NCBI GenBank assembly: GCA_964106645.2
Contig: OZ067052.1
Reading direction: 5' to 3' (one strand)
Length of the DNA stretch: 64,000 nt
DNA from: Podarcis pityusensis
Taxonomy: Eukaryota
The position numbers were made by a program, and so were the translations under genes. Below, in pieces: positions 26,198 through 40,500 of this stretch; the first letter of the stretch is position 1; every line of letters begins with the position of its first letter. Below the pieces are notes generated by a model that ran no database searches, was not told the DNA's origin, and saw nothing but the letters and a program-made list of their open reading frames with translations.

Positions 26198-26358
26198 TTG
26201 TTTACTAACGTGAAAATAGTATGCCCACTTGGGGTATTCCAGTCGTAGGTATACCAAACTGTAGTTGGTTAGCGGAAACACCGATTTATTTCTTTTTTAA
26301 TCTTCTTGAAAAACAACCTCTGGTCTGCTGCAGATTAATCTTTTCAAATATTTCAAGT

Positions 26359-26549
26359 GGGGAAGAGCTGTGATCGAGCATCTGCTTTGCATGCAAAAGA
26401 CCTCAGGTTCAAGTCCCTGGCATCTGCAGGGATGGGTGAAAGAGACCCTTGTCTGAAACCCAGGAGTGCTGCTACCTGTCAGTGTAGTAGACAACCCAGA
26501 GGTAGATGGACTGATGGTCTGACTGGATAAGGCAGATTCCTGTGCTCCT
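26359..26549 (+). mobile_element. tRNA-derived SINE with CR1-like tail
   Basis: gagcatctgctttgcatgc...ggttcaagtccctggcatct tRNA-like head; 3' gatggactgatggtctgact...aaggcag. Confidence 0.6.
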
Positions 26550-26592
26550 GTGTGTTTATTAGTTGTTGCTTAAAACCCCTAAAGGAGATCTT

Positions 26593-26596
<4 letters not shown>

Positions 26597-26626
<30 letters not shown>
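26597..26626. repeat. (TG)n microsatellite
   Basis: Pure TG run seen directly. Confidence 0.95.
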
Positions 26627-26629
<3 letters not shown>

Positions 26630-28039
26630 ATACACATGCATCCGTTTTTTTCACTCTGCTTGACCTTGGTTCTCTGCCTGTTCTTATGACCAGGGGACAG
26701 GGTGGGGGTGAGGAAGCAATTGGTTCGAGCATTGCAAGTTGTACTAGGTCTAAGCCTCTGCAGAGAACCTTGACCTCAGGAGAACCTGCTCCTTAGAGCA
26801 ATGCTTCCTTCACTTCTAGGTTATTGCTGAAGTGCTGAACCAGGAATACAAGAAGCTGCTACACAACCACACCTTTGCTCCCTTGAAAAAAAATCTGCAC
26901 AGGATATCAGAGTAGGCAATGGTTATTTAGCAAAGATGTGTCACATGGCTGGTGTGTATATGTGCTCTCTGTGTATGTTATTTCTTGGGAAAGAGCAGGA
27001 TTTAGTACCTGCCACCACATAGGTTGACTTAGGTAATTTGTCTTTGCACCTTGCAAAATAACACCTCCATGCAAAGAAAACAAGAACTTTAAGTTGTTCA
27101 AAAGAAACAACAAATGAATCTTCTTTCAGTTGTTGAAAGCTGAAGGCAGCGATGAGTAGTGCTGTTGACAAAGCTCTTTGTCGTGTCTTACAGAGTGAGC
27201 AGAGAGAGAATTAAGGAAACTTTCTGAAGTAGTCAGCAAATTATTGCTGCGAAGCTTGAGATGTGTCCATGGCGATGCGAACAATTTATTCAGCATAATG
27301 CTGCACATGTTGGCCTTGGTTTTGCTTTGAAATTCTGCAAGTAGAATACTTTTAGTTGTAATTTATTGTGTAGGTCCTATTATTAAGAGAAAGTCAGTTA
27401 AGATGATTCATTAAGGAAACTTTAGGTATTTGAAAGATGTACTATATAAGCTTTATACTTGTGGTTGGCAAAACAGGTGAGCAACTTGCATAACACGACT
27501 AGATACCCCACTTCAAAAGGACTAGCCCCCAATCCACATTTCTTTTTCAGTATATTTGATACTGTTTCTTGTAGGACTAATGTAACTTGACAGCATCTCA
27601 CATTGCATTAAACCAGCACTTTTATAGTGTAAACCATTGTTTGCTTTAAACTGTGGTTTTAGTGTGACATGGAAGCCAGGTCAGTGTTTTCACTTGCTGT
27701 GTGTGTTTTATGTCAGGGTGGCTTCAGTCCCTTCTACCCACAGGAGCATAAATGAGGGTGGCTCTATCAAAAATATCTATATAATGGGGGAAGACAGCAC
27801 TTTGTGTAATGTCACACGTACATATCATGATTATGTGCATATTTATCAGGTTGGAAGTTCAGCTCAATTCAGTAGGATCCATAGGTTTTGCATCCGTTCA
27901 ATGTCTGTAATACAGCTACTCTGTTTAGTGAATAATTGGGCATATATGTCCAAAACAAGACTTACTATAGTTCTTTTGAAGCCTTCCTTTTCTCATGCAC
28001 TTGCAGTAGTCACCATCTACCCTGTTGACCAAGCAGAAA

Positions 28040-28680
28040 CCCTTGGCTCCTTCCTTTAAATCCCCTCTCTTTTTTGCTCTCCATATCTAGTCTGTTACGT
28101 TGTGTTGCTTCCCTTTGCACAGCCTTCCAAAACTACTACTGCCCTTTCCTCTCCTTCCTCCTCAGGGAAAACTCTGGCTCACACTTCATTCATATTCCAC
28201 CTGGTCAACTGCAACTTTCTCTTTGCCCTTCACTTGTCATGTCTCAGCCCTATCCAGAGCTCTACCGCCAAAATAATTTCTCTTGTCAATCAAACCATGT
28301 GACACCCCTCCCTCAATCTGAATGCTGGCTTGCTAACGCTTCTGGCACAAACTCCTCATACATACTTAAAGCCCCCTGTGGCCTTGACCCTCCTCTCTCT
28401 CTGCCCTTGGGTCCAAGTGTATATCTGCCATTGTCTATGACCCACCTTTCCTGGGAAGCCGTTGGGGGTTTTCCTCAGCCCCTGCTAATCTAAGTCCAAA
28501 TACATGTAACCAAATGGCATGCATCCTTCCCTTGTTTACACTCACCTCCATTATCCACCCCTTGATATATTGTCTCTCCTATGTTGAACTTCCAGATTGC
28601 CAGCCCTTTTAGATTGCCAGGGAGCTGCCTTTTTGATAACCTGCAAAACACCGTGGCATTATCGTTTCACCACAAATACT
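28040..28680 (+). mobile_element. Old L2 LINE 3' fragment
   Basis: Decayed ORF2 end: ..HLVNCNFLFA..SPIQSSTAKIISL..NHVTPLPQS..WL, resembling L2 RLDYCN...HVTPLL..LHWLP. Boundaries approximate. Confidence 0.6.
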
Positions 28681-29227
28681 GAGCGCCAAGCAGAGGGGAA
28701 CATCCGTAGATACCATTTTCTTCCAGTCCATCACATTAACAGTAAACTGATGAACAGACGTTTTAAAAAACTAATGCCCTGTGGGATATCTTGTGCTTTC
28801 AGCATTTCATCCCTTCTCTCCTCCCCCACTCCTTCTTTAAGACTAATGTTGTTTTTGAATGGGCGCTGACACTAACTGAGAGTTCTCACTGCAGCCTCTT
28901 AGAACTGCCCTAATTTTAAGATGTTTATAAAATCTTCTTACGTAATTGTTACCCAAGTCTCCCTCCCTCATGCACATGCACCATAAACACATCCCCGTCT
29001 TTTGGATTGATTATTGTAATGTATATTGTATTCTAACATGTCAAGACGATGGTGGAAACTGTCTTATTCATTAAGTGCTTATACTAATGGGATTCTAAAT
29101 GGGGATCCACATCTCTTGTAATCTATTGAAATATTATTTGTTACTGTAGCTGAACCCTTTTTGATGTAGATGTTATTTTTCTAAAAATTCCACTACTGTG
29201 GCTGATACGTGGATGAAATATTATGTT

Positions 29228-29346
29228 AGGGTTGTCGCCAATGACATTTTACTCGGGGTAGACCCATTGAAATGAGTGGATCTGAATCATGTCCATTCAT
29301 TTCAATGGGTCTATTCCCCGAGTATGACTAACACTGCATACAACTC
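29228..29346. mobile_element. Palindromic MITE
   Basis: Arms 29250-29280 and 29292-29324 are near-perfectly complementary; outer ends gggttgt / acaactc. Confidence 0.7.
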
Positions 29347-30379
29347 AGTGTGTTCCACTTGAATAAATATGCATATTTATCTGCAAAAATGTGCAAGGAA
29401 GGACTGTGAGGGAGAATGACATGGGAATGCAGTAAACATGAGAAAGATGGGGCAGGGGGAGAATGTTTGCGTTGCTGTAAAAAGTTCGGATGAATTAATT
29501 GGCCTGTTGTTACTGGAAGGCAACTACTCTCTGCATAGCCTGCCTTCAGGACCAACAGAGTAAAGGTACTGTGAGCAGAGGGCTGCTTTGGCTTGAGAAA
29601 CACTTTGTAAAGAGGAATACTGAAAGTCTGACATTCAGGAAAATCCCTGATAGATTTTCTCCAGTGAGATTCCAATCTAGTGTAGTTGTGGTTATTCTTA
29701 TTACTAAATATGTGCTTATGAGAAATCTAAATGTCCACCAGAAAAATACTCTCGTGATTTGTGCTGAAAGATCAGAATTCTGCTTTTGTGTATGCTGATA
29801 TCAGGTTAGAAGAATGACCACATGTTCAGTAAAGATTATTTATTTTCAAGCAACATATAATGGACTCTCTCTTGCCTCCTAATTTATAGCAACCTTCTCT
29901 GGGATAGATGCAGTAAAGTCCAGTGCAATTATTCTATAGCAAGCAGATTTCAGAGCTTTTTCCTTGAGGTTCTTTGCCAACTCTGTTCTGTACCATAAAC
30001 AGACAGCTTAGCTTACTGTAAATTAGACTTGTTCTTTGACTTTTTTTGTGTTTGAAATATTGCTGGAGGAAAATATTTGTTCCTACTCCCTGTGTATTAA
30101 GTTTCATTGTGGAAGTTGCAAGATGTAGAATGCTGTTTTTCTTTGCTGCTAAATTTCCCCTCCAGCAAAGTGTGGATTGCAGCCCTTGTCCATTATCTAT
30201 CTGTAGCATCTTAAAAGTATTTCAGTCATCAGTTAGTAATTGTTAAGGCTTCATTCATCACTTGCGGGTGAATGGAAAAGGAAGAACAGCTAACACCCTC
30301 TCTCATAATACAGTACTAGAACCCAGGGTCATCCGAAGAAGCTGCATGGTGGGAGATTCAGGGCAGAGAAAAAGAAGTA

Positions 30380-30605
30380 CAGTGGTACCTCAGGTTAAGA
30401 ACTTAATTCGTTCCGGAGGTCTGTTCTTAACCTGAAACTGTTCTTAACCTGAAGCACCACTTTAGCTAATGGGGTCACCCGCTGCCACCGTGCTACCGCC
30501 GCATGATTTCTGTTCTCATCCTGAAGCAAAGTTCTTAACCCGAGGTACTATTTCTGGGTTAGTGGAGTCTGTAACCTGAAGCGTCTGTAACCTGAGGTAC
30601 CACTG
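30380..30605 (+). mobile_element. Tc1/mariner (Tigger/pogo-like) MITE, copy 2
   Basis: TA|CAGTGGTACCTCAGGTTA...TAACCTGAGGTACCACTG|TA. Confidence 0.9.
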
Positions 30606-30659
30606 TACTTTGCTCAGTTGAATGTTCATTACCACAAATTCCCTAACAAGACATGCTTA

Positions 30660-30890
30660 TAGTGACCAGCTTGAGCAACTTTAAAAGGGGATTAGATAGT
30701 TTTGTGGAGGAAAGACTGTCAATGGCTATTAGTCATGATGGGCATGCATTACCCTCTATCAGAGGCCGTATGCCTCTGAATACCAGTTGCTGGAGAACAT
30801 GAATTTGAGTGCATCCTGCATATGAGTATAGGTATCTGATTGGCCACTGTGGGAACACGATGCTGGACTGGGTGCACCTTATGCTCTTGA
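30660..30890 (+). mobile_element. CR1 LINE 3' end
   Basis: ctttaaaaggggattagat...atggctattagtcatgatgg...ggccactgtgggaacacgatgctggact, typical squamate CR1 3' UTR. Related antisense fragments lie near 17690-17830, 18470-18620 and 36290-36560. Confidence 0.65.
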
Positions 30891-33800
30891 GCTCGTTGAG
30901 AGTAACAGGCAAAATGTAATGCAGAATGATTTAGGTCTGTCATCTGAATAAGAAAGACATTTTCATTTGATTTTTATATTTTATTTGGCTAGAGTATGGC
31001 TAAATTCTAACTTGTGCTTTTTATCACGTTTGAAGCTTTTTTAAAAAAATGACATATAGTGCTTCTGCACTTGGAGGTTCTATATGATATCCCACAAAGG
31101 TCAGAACAACTCTCTTGATCAGTCACCCCAGACATTATCTTTCTATATAGCATGTTTTTCTTAGTGGGAGCCAGACAGATGGCTTCAACTTTGCCACCCA
31201 AAGAAAGGACATAATGATTAATGTTTTGTTAGGTCTTCATTAGACTGCGTACGTCAAGCTAGCTGATTATTCCTTTGATGGGAATGTTTTTGCTGCTGTA
31301 GTTTTTTTGTTCGTTTATGGGTCTGTTTATGGGTTATTAGAATGGTTTTATGGAAATGTGTTGTTTTATGTTGCACGCTTCTGACTTTTGACATTTTGTA
31401 AATCGCTTAGAGCCTTTTTTGTATTAAGCAACTAATAAGTCAAATAATAATAAATAATAATGGCAACTTGTTACTGGAGACCTAATTAATTTTAAGTTTT
31501 ATCGATCAATTTAATTGACATCACAGCCCCAGCATTAAGAACACTAAGGATAGTTTCCATCTGTCTCTTCATACAGGTAGGCAGCTATCTAACATGGGAT
31601 TGAAAATTGCAGCTGGATACTTTTCAGAAAAATAAAGTTTAAAAGATTTGTTGCAAGTGAAGTGTTGCTGACTTGGGTGGTAAATTGGAGCTTTAGTGAA
31701 TTACACTAGGATAGCATAAGGTTGGCTGTTTTGTTTCAGAATTTTTCAAAGTGTGCATTGCTGCATTGGAGTATATGACAGATCTAAAAGAGTTTTGTCA
31801 TAGCAATGCAAAGGGGAAATAAAGCAATTAAACATGCATAAGTTGTTTAGCAGTCAAACATACATAAGTAGATGTGGACATCAAGCCCTCCTCGAACAGA
31901 AATATACCCTTTATTTCAGAATACAGCAATTGGAATTAAAATATACTACATTGCTATCTTTATTATTTTGCTATTTTCCTTTCAACCTATAAGTGTGTAC
32001 ACTTTTTGCAAGGAACAAAGATGTTTTCTGCTTCGTGACCAAATTTGCTGTGGTTGCTAAATAAAGGCATAACTATTATCGTAGTGAATGTATTGGCTGG
32101 TCTGTTAGCAAACTGACTTGGTTACTTCTCATTTTTGTCTTGTTCCAATTCACTTGTCCTGCTAAGTATGTTGTTGAGGTGATGATACCATTTGGGGATG
32201 TAAGAGGTGTAAATGAAATATTTCATGTTCTTTCTTGAAAAATGTATCTATGCAGAACAGATTGCATATCCACAGTAGAGTAGATGGTCAGCATTACTTC
32301 CATAAAAGGTGCACTTGGGTGAAATCAGTTTTGATCAGTAGTTGTTTATTACTATTGATTAATACAGTTCACATAGGTAAGTTCTCCCCTTCTCTAAGGA
32401 AATTAATTGTGTTAAACTCTAACAAGAATGTTGTATTACTATATGTTTTAATCTGTATCTATCACGTTCAGATCTATTGAGCAGGTTTGTTTGTTTGTGT
32501 ATGTGCTTCCTTTCAGAGCAAAACTCTCCCATCAAAAACAGCTTGCATCAAAAACGTACTGCACCATTTCAATAAAACTGCAATATAAAACTAAAACTTT
32601 ATAACCTGAAAACAGAGGCAGTTAAAACAATACCGACTACCACATATTAAAAAGAAATGTGATTTTTTAAAAAAAATCAAGCTCAGTTTATAAACCAATA
32701 GAGTAGGAGTCATTCACAATCGAGAAAGAGAATTCTACCAAGAAGTCTCTTTTACCCTTGTCTCACAAACCTAAGAGTTCTTGATGGCAGGGCATCTGAG
32801 GCCAACCTCAAGTCTAGGCAGATTAAGATGGATGCAGCCATCCTGCAAATAACTGGTCCAAAACTGTGAATCTATAGTCCATTAATATGTGTCCCTACAT
32901 TTCTTTTTTTTAAAAAAAAAAAAAAGGCCAAAAATCACTTCTCATAATAAGCCACCTAATCAACAAATCAGTGCCATCTTCCAGGTTCTTGACAGTCTAC
33001 TTCCTGATTCTTTGCAACTGTGTTTTACATGTCAGTTTGCCAGGATGGAATGTGTGGTTGGGGCTGGGGTCGGGAGACAGGGTGATGGACAAGGAGAATA
33101 ATTTTGGGGAGAAAACTTTTCTGGGCCTAGTATAGCCACAGACTTTGCATTGCCAACTCCTCCTTTAAGAAGCAAGACATTTGGTTCTGAAAGTAGCACG
33201 TTACCATTTCCTTTCTGAAAGGGGATAGGGAGAGATGCATCTGTCTTCATGTTGCAGTGAGAGCACACAGCATGTGTTGAATGGGCTTCTTTTTTCTGCA
33301 CTCGACAGGAAGAACACTGTCCTCAGCCATGTTTCATGCGCAAAACCCTTCTTCGGGGCTTGCTTTTTATGTGGATATCATTTTTCCAGTTAAGATACAT
33401 CCTTCATGTTCATGCTTTTGGCTTGGTCAACTGGCCTTTATACAATTTACTGCTCCCCATCACTATGCTGCCACCATAAATTTATGTTAACATTTACTTA
33501 TTACTTGCAAACTAAATAAAAAGTCCCACTCTATAGCAGTGTAAATCAAAGGAGAGTGGAGGGTCACCCAAATGCCTCGGAAATACTGACTCCTGGAAAT
33601 GGTTTGCACCATTACAGATGTCCTTTACTTCAGAATCCTTAACTAGAAAGAAAACATACCAGATTGCTGTCTTTATTATTTTTCTTGGAACCTATAAGGC
33701 TGTATATTTTTGCTTTCCATTTTTGTGAGGAAATGACTAGTTCAGTCTACTTCCCTTCTCTTTACCTGCTCTGTTTCGCCTCTTTGTGCCACATATAGGA

Positions 33801-34066
33801 AACTCAAGGTAAGCCCCAAGCAAAGACATCACCTCTGGTTACTCTAGTAAACAGTCAGGACAGAATGTACTATGAAGGAAGAGTGAAACATCCAGTCTCT
33901 GGTGGATGAGGAGGTTACTGTTTTTTGTTCTTGTCAAAACAAGAATGTGCAAGGCTTTCTCCTAGTGACTAAATTTTGGAGCAGAAAAGTTAACCTCACA
34001 TAATGGGCAACTATCACAATGCAGTTTGCTAGTGAACTTGGGGAGAGCATAACATACTATCTCTGA

Positions 34067-34357
<291 letters not shown>

Positions 34358-37300
34358 TAAATTCCTCTTTCCTCCAAGTGACTTTGGCAAACTTCCTATA
34401 GCAGTCCTAGAGAAAGTGGAAAGACAGAGAGGATTTCCTGATATGCCCCCTTTGCATTATGGGTGGTGTAGGCTTTTGACACTAAGTTCTTACTAAAAAT
34501 AGCTGCTGCTTGTATTTCTTTCTTGGGGGAAAATGGCAGTAATTTTGTAGGGTTTTATGAATTTTTGTAGTGTCATGACAACTTGTTAGCATTGCCAGAT
34601 GTGCTGGTTACAATCAAATTTAATCAAATAATTCTTGAGTATAAAAAAGCTCAAAATGGAAACTCTCTGGATTATTTTAGCATGCTTGATTTAATTTTAA
34701 TTACAAATTTAGACACAGCAGATGTTCCTTGCAATAGATAATTTTCTTTTGCCTCAGTATAATACTAAGGATCCTTGGATTGCCAGACCAGAATTTCAAA
34801 AATGAGGGACACTCATTTTTAAGCTGCTGAGAGTTCTATAGAGCAGTAGAGTTCTTGGAATAAAAGATGTCTGGCAAGTTCTCCAGATGGTGTTTAGCTT
34901 CAAGGAGGAGGGAATAATGACTGTTTAAGGCTTCTTAGCATTTTCTTACGTAGGGATAGATGACAGAGAAAGAAGAGCAGCTGCACCAAGGAAAAAAAGT
35001 TGGCAGTAAAGTTAGCTTGTTAAAAACAAATCCCCATGAAATTAAAAATCACTCTGAAAGACACACAGTGCTGGTATCAAACAGTAGCACTGCATACAGG
35101 AGGGAAAGATACAAGAGGCCAGCCTTTCCCAACCTGGTGCTCTCCAGAAGTGATAGTTGGGGCTGGTGGGCATTGTGCTCAAACCATCTGGAGGGCACCT
35201 GGTTGGGGAAGACTGCAATAGCCCATGAATCCAACCCCCACACAACACACATATCCTACCCAAGCCTGGCTTGATGGGTTTTACAGAGAAGACTTACTCC
35301 TTCCATTGAAATTAGTGAAATTCAGTGGACCATAAAGCACTGGCCTTAATGCATGAAAAAAAACAGGATATTAAGAGGATATTGGAATGAGATTTTCTTT
35401 TGCAAGGAAGGCAGAGAAGTAGTTTGCCCCTATAACAAATGGACCACTTGCATACAAAAAAGCCTGCAAACTAATTTTTTTTCTAATTTGTTCACTTAAA
35501 AAATCTCCCATAGACACATTTTAAACGGGAAGTTGGGAAATGGGGAAGTGTTCAGTTCCTCACACTATGTAGTTTGCTGTGCTAAGAAAAATGGGGGTCC
35601 TCTTGGGGCAGCAAATAAAGGGTTGAAGGACAGAAAAACTACACAGCAAAAGATCTGTGTGTAACTTGTTTGCATTGATGAACTTTGATGACAAGAATCC
35701 TTCATATGCTGTTGTGTGGCGGCAGCAGCAGCATTTTATTTATCAATTTGAGCTGCACCATTGTCCCTTTTTAAAGACACACCTGTGTGCCTTAAGGATG
35801 GATCTGGCAGTCTGGGACATCTGCATGTGGTAATCAAGTGTCTTGGTTTTTCATACCTCTGTCAGAATGGGTGATGCTTTTTTGTTTGTTTGTTCTGTTG
35901 CAACCCATGTTCTTTGGAATTCTGGCACTTGTCAGCTTCTGTATCCTCCATAATGATTTCAGCGCTGTAAAAATGAACACTAAAATTGAAATATTTGGAC
36001 ACTGTGACCTAAAGGCTCAAAGTTTGTGCTGAGTTTCCACTCCATGGGTTCTTGACATACTTACTACATTTTTATTCTGCCCTTTTCCTAAGAAATGCAT
36101 GAGAGCCACACATAGCCTTGCTTCCTCCTCACCAACACACATTTTATTTTCACAGTGATATTGGGAGGTAAGTTGGGCTGGGAGTAACTGGTCCAAGGTC
36201 GCAGAGCAAGGATTTGATTCTGTGTAGCTCCTATCTTTAATCCAGCATGAAATTCACTATACTGCATTGAAATCTAAATTATATTTCAAAAGAGTCCTGG
36301 GATCAGAACAAGTGCCCATCTAAACCAGCAACCTGTTCCTAACGCTTACTAGCCAGATGATTCCTGAAAGTTCACATCAAAGATATGAAGGCTCTAGCCC
36401 TCCCATATTAATTCCCCAACTACTAGTAATCGCAGGAACATTGCCTCTGAAAGTGCAGGCTCAACTCGGCTATCCTTGTCAGTTTTCATTGACAGGCCTA
36501 TACCCCCCAGGAATCTGTCTCTTTTTAAAACTGCTTTAGCCACCGTCAATCACTACATCATTTCATACTATTTTTGCTCAGTATATGAGCTATGTATTTT
36601 TCAATGGCTTTGGGCACTCCCTTTTGAAATTCAAATGACTGTTTGTGATACTGCATCTGTCTTGCCTGCTTGAAGATCTCTGTACTTCCTTTAATTACCC
36701 AAATTAATACTGACCTTATTTTTAAATACTTTAAATATGACCATTTACCATATGGTAACGTATGACGTTGGGTCATGTAGCCACTTGCTACAATGATAAT
36801 CTCTCTGGTGAATTTTACACTCCTGGTTCTTACCCAGATTTCTGAATAGTTTGCTAAAATTCTGTTAATACTAGGATGGGTGGTTTGGAGGACTGATCTA
36901 AGCAAGTTCTAATATATATGTGTTGGAAGCCACCCAGAGTGACTGGGGCAACCCAGCCAGATGTGTGGGGTATTGTTGTTGTTGTCATTGTTATTGTCAT
37001 TATTCTTGATAAATGGTTGCATGGACTCTATGTGAATTTTCCTATGGAGAGGGGCACGGTTTGGTGCAAGCCTGGCAATTTTTCTCCCAGAGAAAACACA
37101 GTTTTGTTGGCTATTCTGCAAAAATATTTGTCCTTCTGGTTAGCTTTTGAGGGGCTTGTGAAGACTGTTAGGCGCATCAGTCTTCCAGGTGCTGTGAAAG
37201 TGATGACACAGAATTGTGTTTCAGTGGGCCCCTTTGTAAAAGGAAGCAACCATCTGGGCCTGACATTGTAATTGCAGCACTTCAGAGCTGGCAGAGATGT

Positions 37301-37531
37301 TGCTGTCTTGCGTGTTCTCGACCCACTCCTTAAAGTCCACATTAGCCTCTTTAAAGGCCAGGAGGGTTAAATCCAGCAAAGCAGTTTGAGCATCAGTGTG
37401 ATGCTGTGCAGAAGAGAGGACTCCATGATTTGAATGCAGTTAGGTCATTTGAAGGAAAGCGGGGACGGGAGACTGTTATTTTGAAAGGGCTCACAGCAGC
37501 CTTTTCTGCTGGTGGACTGTGTAACATGCAT

Positions 37532-37539
37532 TGACGTCA
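37532..37539. promoter_or_regulatory. Full palindromic cAMP response element (candidate)
   Basis: TGACGTCA in apparently non-repetitive intron 4 sequence. Function not shown. Confidence 0.3.
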
Positions 37540-40500
37540 GAACTGGGTGATCAGTGATCAGTATTCAGTTCCTGCAGTGGGTCAGGTTTATGCCTCTCAC
37601 TCATTCCTTTCCTTTTATCAGCACCTCTCTTTGCAATTACTGCCTTGCTCACATTACCAAATAACAAAAGATCCACACATCTCCCTCCTGAAACTGAGGA
37701 GAGATGCCTTCTGCTAGCAAACAAACCCAATTTCTTAAAATTACTCCCCTTTAAAACTCATTTGCTCTTTTTAGACAAAAGAGTTTTCAAATTCTTCAAA
37801 CTGTAGGGGAAGGGAGCTTATTTTGCTCTGGAGCCCTTTGCTGTGGATTGCTGTATCTCGTACATTAGTATTAAATAATAAACATCACAGAAAACTGGTG
37901 GGTGGGTGAATTTGACATGCAGTATTGCCCAACAGGTGTTCCCTGGTTGTACAAGGCTCTGTAATTTTACCTTATCAAAAGTATTGCATAATCTGGTTTG
38001 GAAATTTCCCAAGTAAGATGCTTTTTAAAAAGCTTTAATTCATATGGAAATATTGTTGTTTTCCTGTCTGTCTCTGTGTTGTTGTTTTTTAAATCTCAGC
38101 TCAGTATCGCAGATTTGAGAATTGTGGGGAAAGGGTCTTTACACCTGCATAGGAAGCAAGGTGGGAATAATTTGCTCCATCTCTTTTCAAGGTTTGCTAG
38201 GGTGGATTTTTGAAAAGTTAACAACAAAGACGGTAGTAGAAACTGACTAACAGAGGGCATTAGTTATCATAGATTAATTTTCTAGCTTCTAGGGTGAGGG
38301 AAGATAGAATGAATGGGGAAATGTGACATGAACAGCCATCTGGGTTTCCCAGCAGTGTTCAAATAAAAGGAGAACAAGTTTCTTCCTTACTAGAAGATTA
38401 TCACTTCACAGCTGGGAAGGACCTCAAAGTAAATTAGCCAGTCCCCTGCCATTAAAAAGATCAATACCTTTACAGCCCTCAGCAAGTATTTAATTTATTT
38501 CTATTCTATTAGTGACTTCATAAGATCCCTTTTGCAATTAATTCTGTGGCTCTTCTTCCTTTCTTGACATTCCTTTTTATTATAGCCATCCTTAAAGCAG
38601 CCATTATGAGTGTGAATGTTTAGCATATTGCCCCTTCAGCCACCCACTTCTTTTAAAGCTAAAACAGTTTCAATGCCTTTTGTTATCATCTTAGGTTTTG
38701 CGTTGGATTTATCTATATCTAACATTCTTAAATAACTCAAACTTAATGCTCTAGGTGGGCCACAAAATTTATAAGACATAATCTCAGCAGTCACCATCCA
38801 AAGTAAAGCAAGCAGTTACATACCCTGGGAAAAATAGTGAAGCAAAAAACACTCTTGCTTGCCACTGACTGTGTTAGCAGGCAAAAACCTGTAAGCAAAA
38901 CCTTCCAGTCTCCTTTTCTCAACCATGCCCAAGGAGGAGACAAGCCTGAGGTTCACTGTGTGTGGCTCATTCTTGTAATGCTAAACTTTGGTCTAGCATT
39001 ACATGCACACCAGGCCATCTGCTTATCTGGTCAAAGAGCAGCAAAATCAGATGATTTTTCTTGCGCCACTGGCATTTTTCTTCTGACATATCAAATTTGA
39101 AAATAGTGATGTGTACTGTACTCTTGGAATGGTTTTTAAAATGGCTGTTTTTAAGTGGAAAGTCTGTTAGATCTGTATTCCTATATTTGAGGTGCAGGTG
39201 CAGAACTGCTTGGAAATCAGTTCCTCATTTGTATATTGTTTCCAGGGTTGGACATGTTAGACCCTGAGGTGTGTGATTAGGGCCGTCTGAATGAAATATG
39301 GAGGCAGAGTTTGTCCGTATCACACTAGGAGTCCATGTCAAGCTGCTTCTAGTAGCACAGGTCATGCAAGGTCATGCAAGGTAAACTGGGATCTCGCTCT
39401 CCAGCATAATGCAGCGTGTTCACCACTGGACCAAAGTCTCTATGATGCCTGTACAACTGCAGCATTTATCCAGTCATGCTGTCTGCTGACCAATGCCACA
39501 TGGCACTTGCATGCCTTGGCTTAGAACTATGCAGTTGGGAGATAAGACTAAACAAACATCTGTTACCAAACTCGCTTTGAGTTTCGCTTCAAAGTTTCTG
39601 GAACTTCACAAGTGAACAATTATGCTCAAGAATATATGAGGCTTGTTAGTCTGAGGTGTGATTCTTTGCAACGACACAGTTGGAAACCTAGCTTGTGTGC
39701 CTCTGTGCTCCACGGAAAAGTAGTAAGAGCAGCTCTTTTAGAGAGGCCATTATGAAGTAATAGTCCGTGCACCTTACTATGCTAATAGCAAGTGTGCATG
39801 AAGTCATGCTGTACAAATCTTGCATTACAAACACTATGCAAACGTTGTATGTTATACTTTTGACAGCAGTATTTGATGGAATAAAGTGTTGAGAGAACTG
39901 GAAACATACACTAGCTTGTCTCCTGGAGCCTTTTAAACCAAGAATACTATACTGGTTCACATTGGTGCCCTTAGGATCCTTTGTTTCCACTATCATGCCA
40001 GCTTTGCAGGTGACATTAAAATGTACAAGAGCACAAATGGACTCTTGCATTCACTCCATTGTGTCCTCTTCACCAAGCTGCTTAATTGTTCACCTCTGCG
40101 TTTGCTCTTGAGCTGTGAGTTCTGCCCTTGAAGCTGTTCTTACTATGCAGGTTATATTTTAGCTCCTTTTAAGGCTCTCATGGTAAGGGTAACTTCAGTC
40201 GCTTCTTGGGAATGGATCTGCAATGCATATAGGTGGGCTGGTAGTAGTTAACGCAGTTGCAACTTCCTGCTGAGAGTTTTCATCACATGGCTGAGACCCC
40301 ATGCTGAGCAGAACTTGGAGTACCCAGAGAAGAGTGGCAAGCAGGGGGTAGGAAAACAGGAATCCAGACCACCTGCATTCTCAGGATCAAGGCTAAAAAC
40401 TGCTTTCAGATTCCTAACACCATCATCACAGACACCTGTGATTGTTCTAGCCATGTCTTCCAGAAAAAAATCTTTTTCATAGGATCAAACAAAATGAGTG

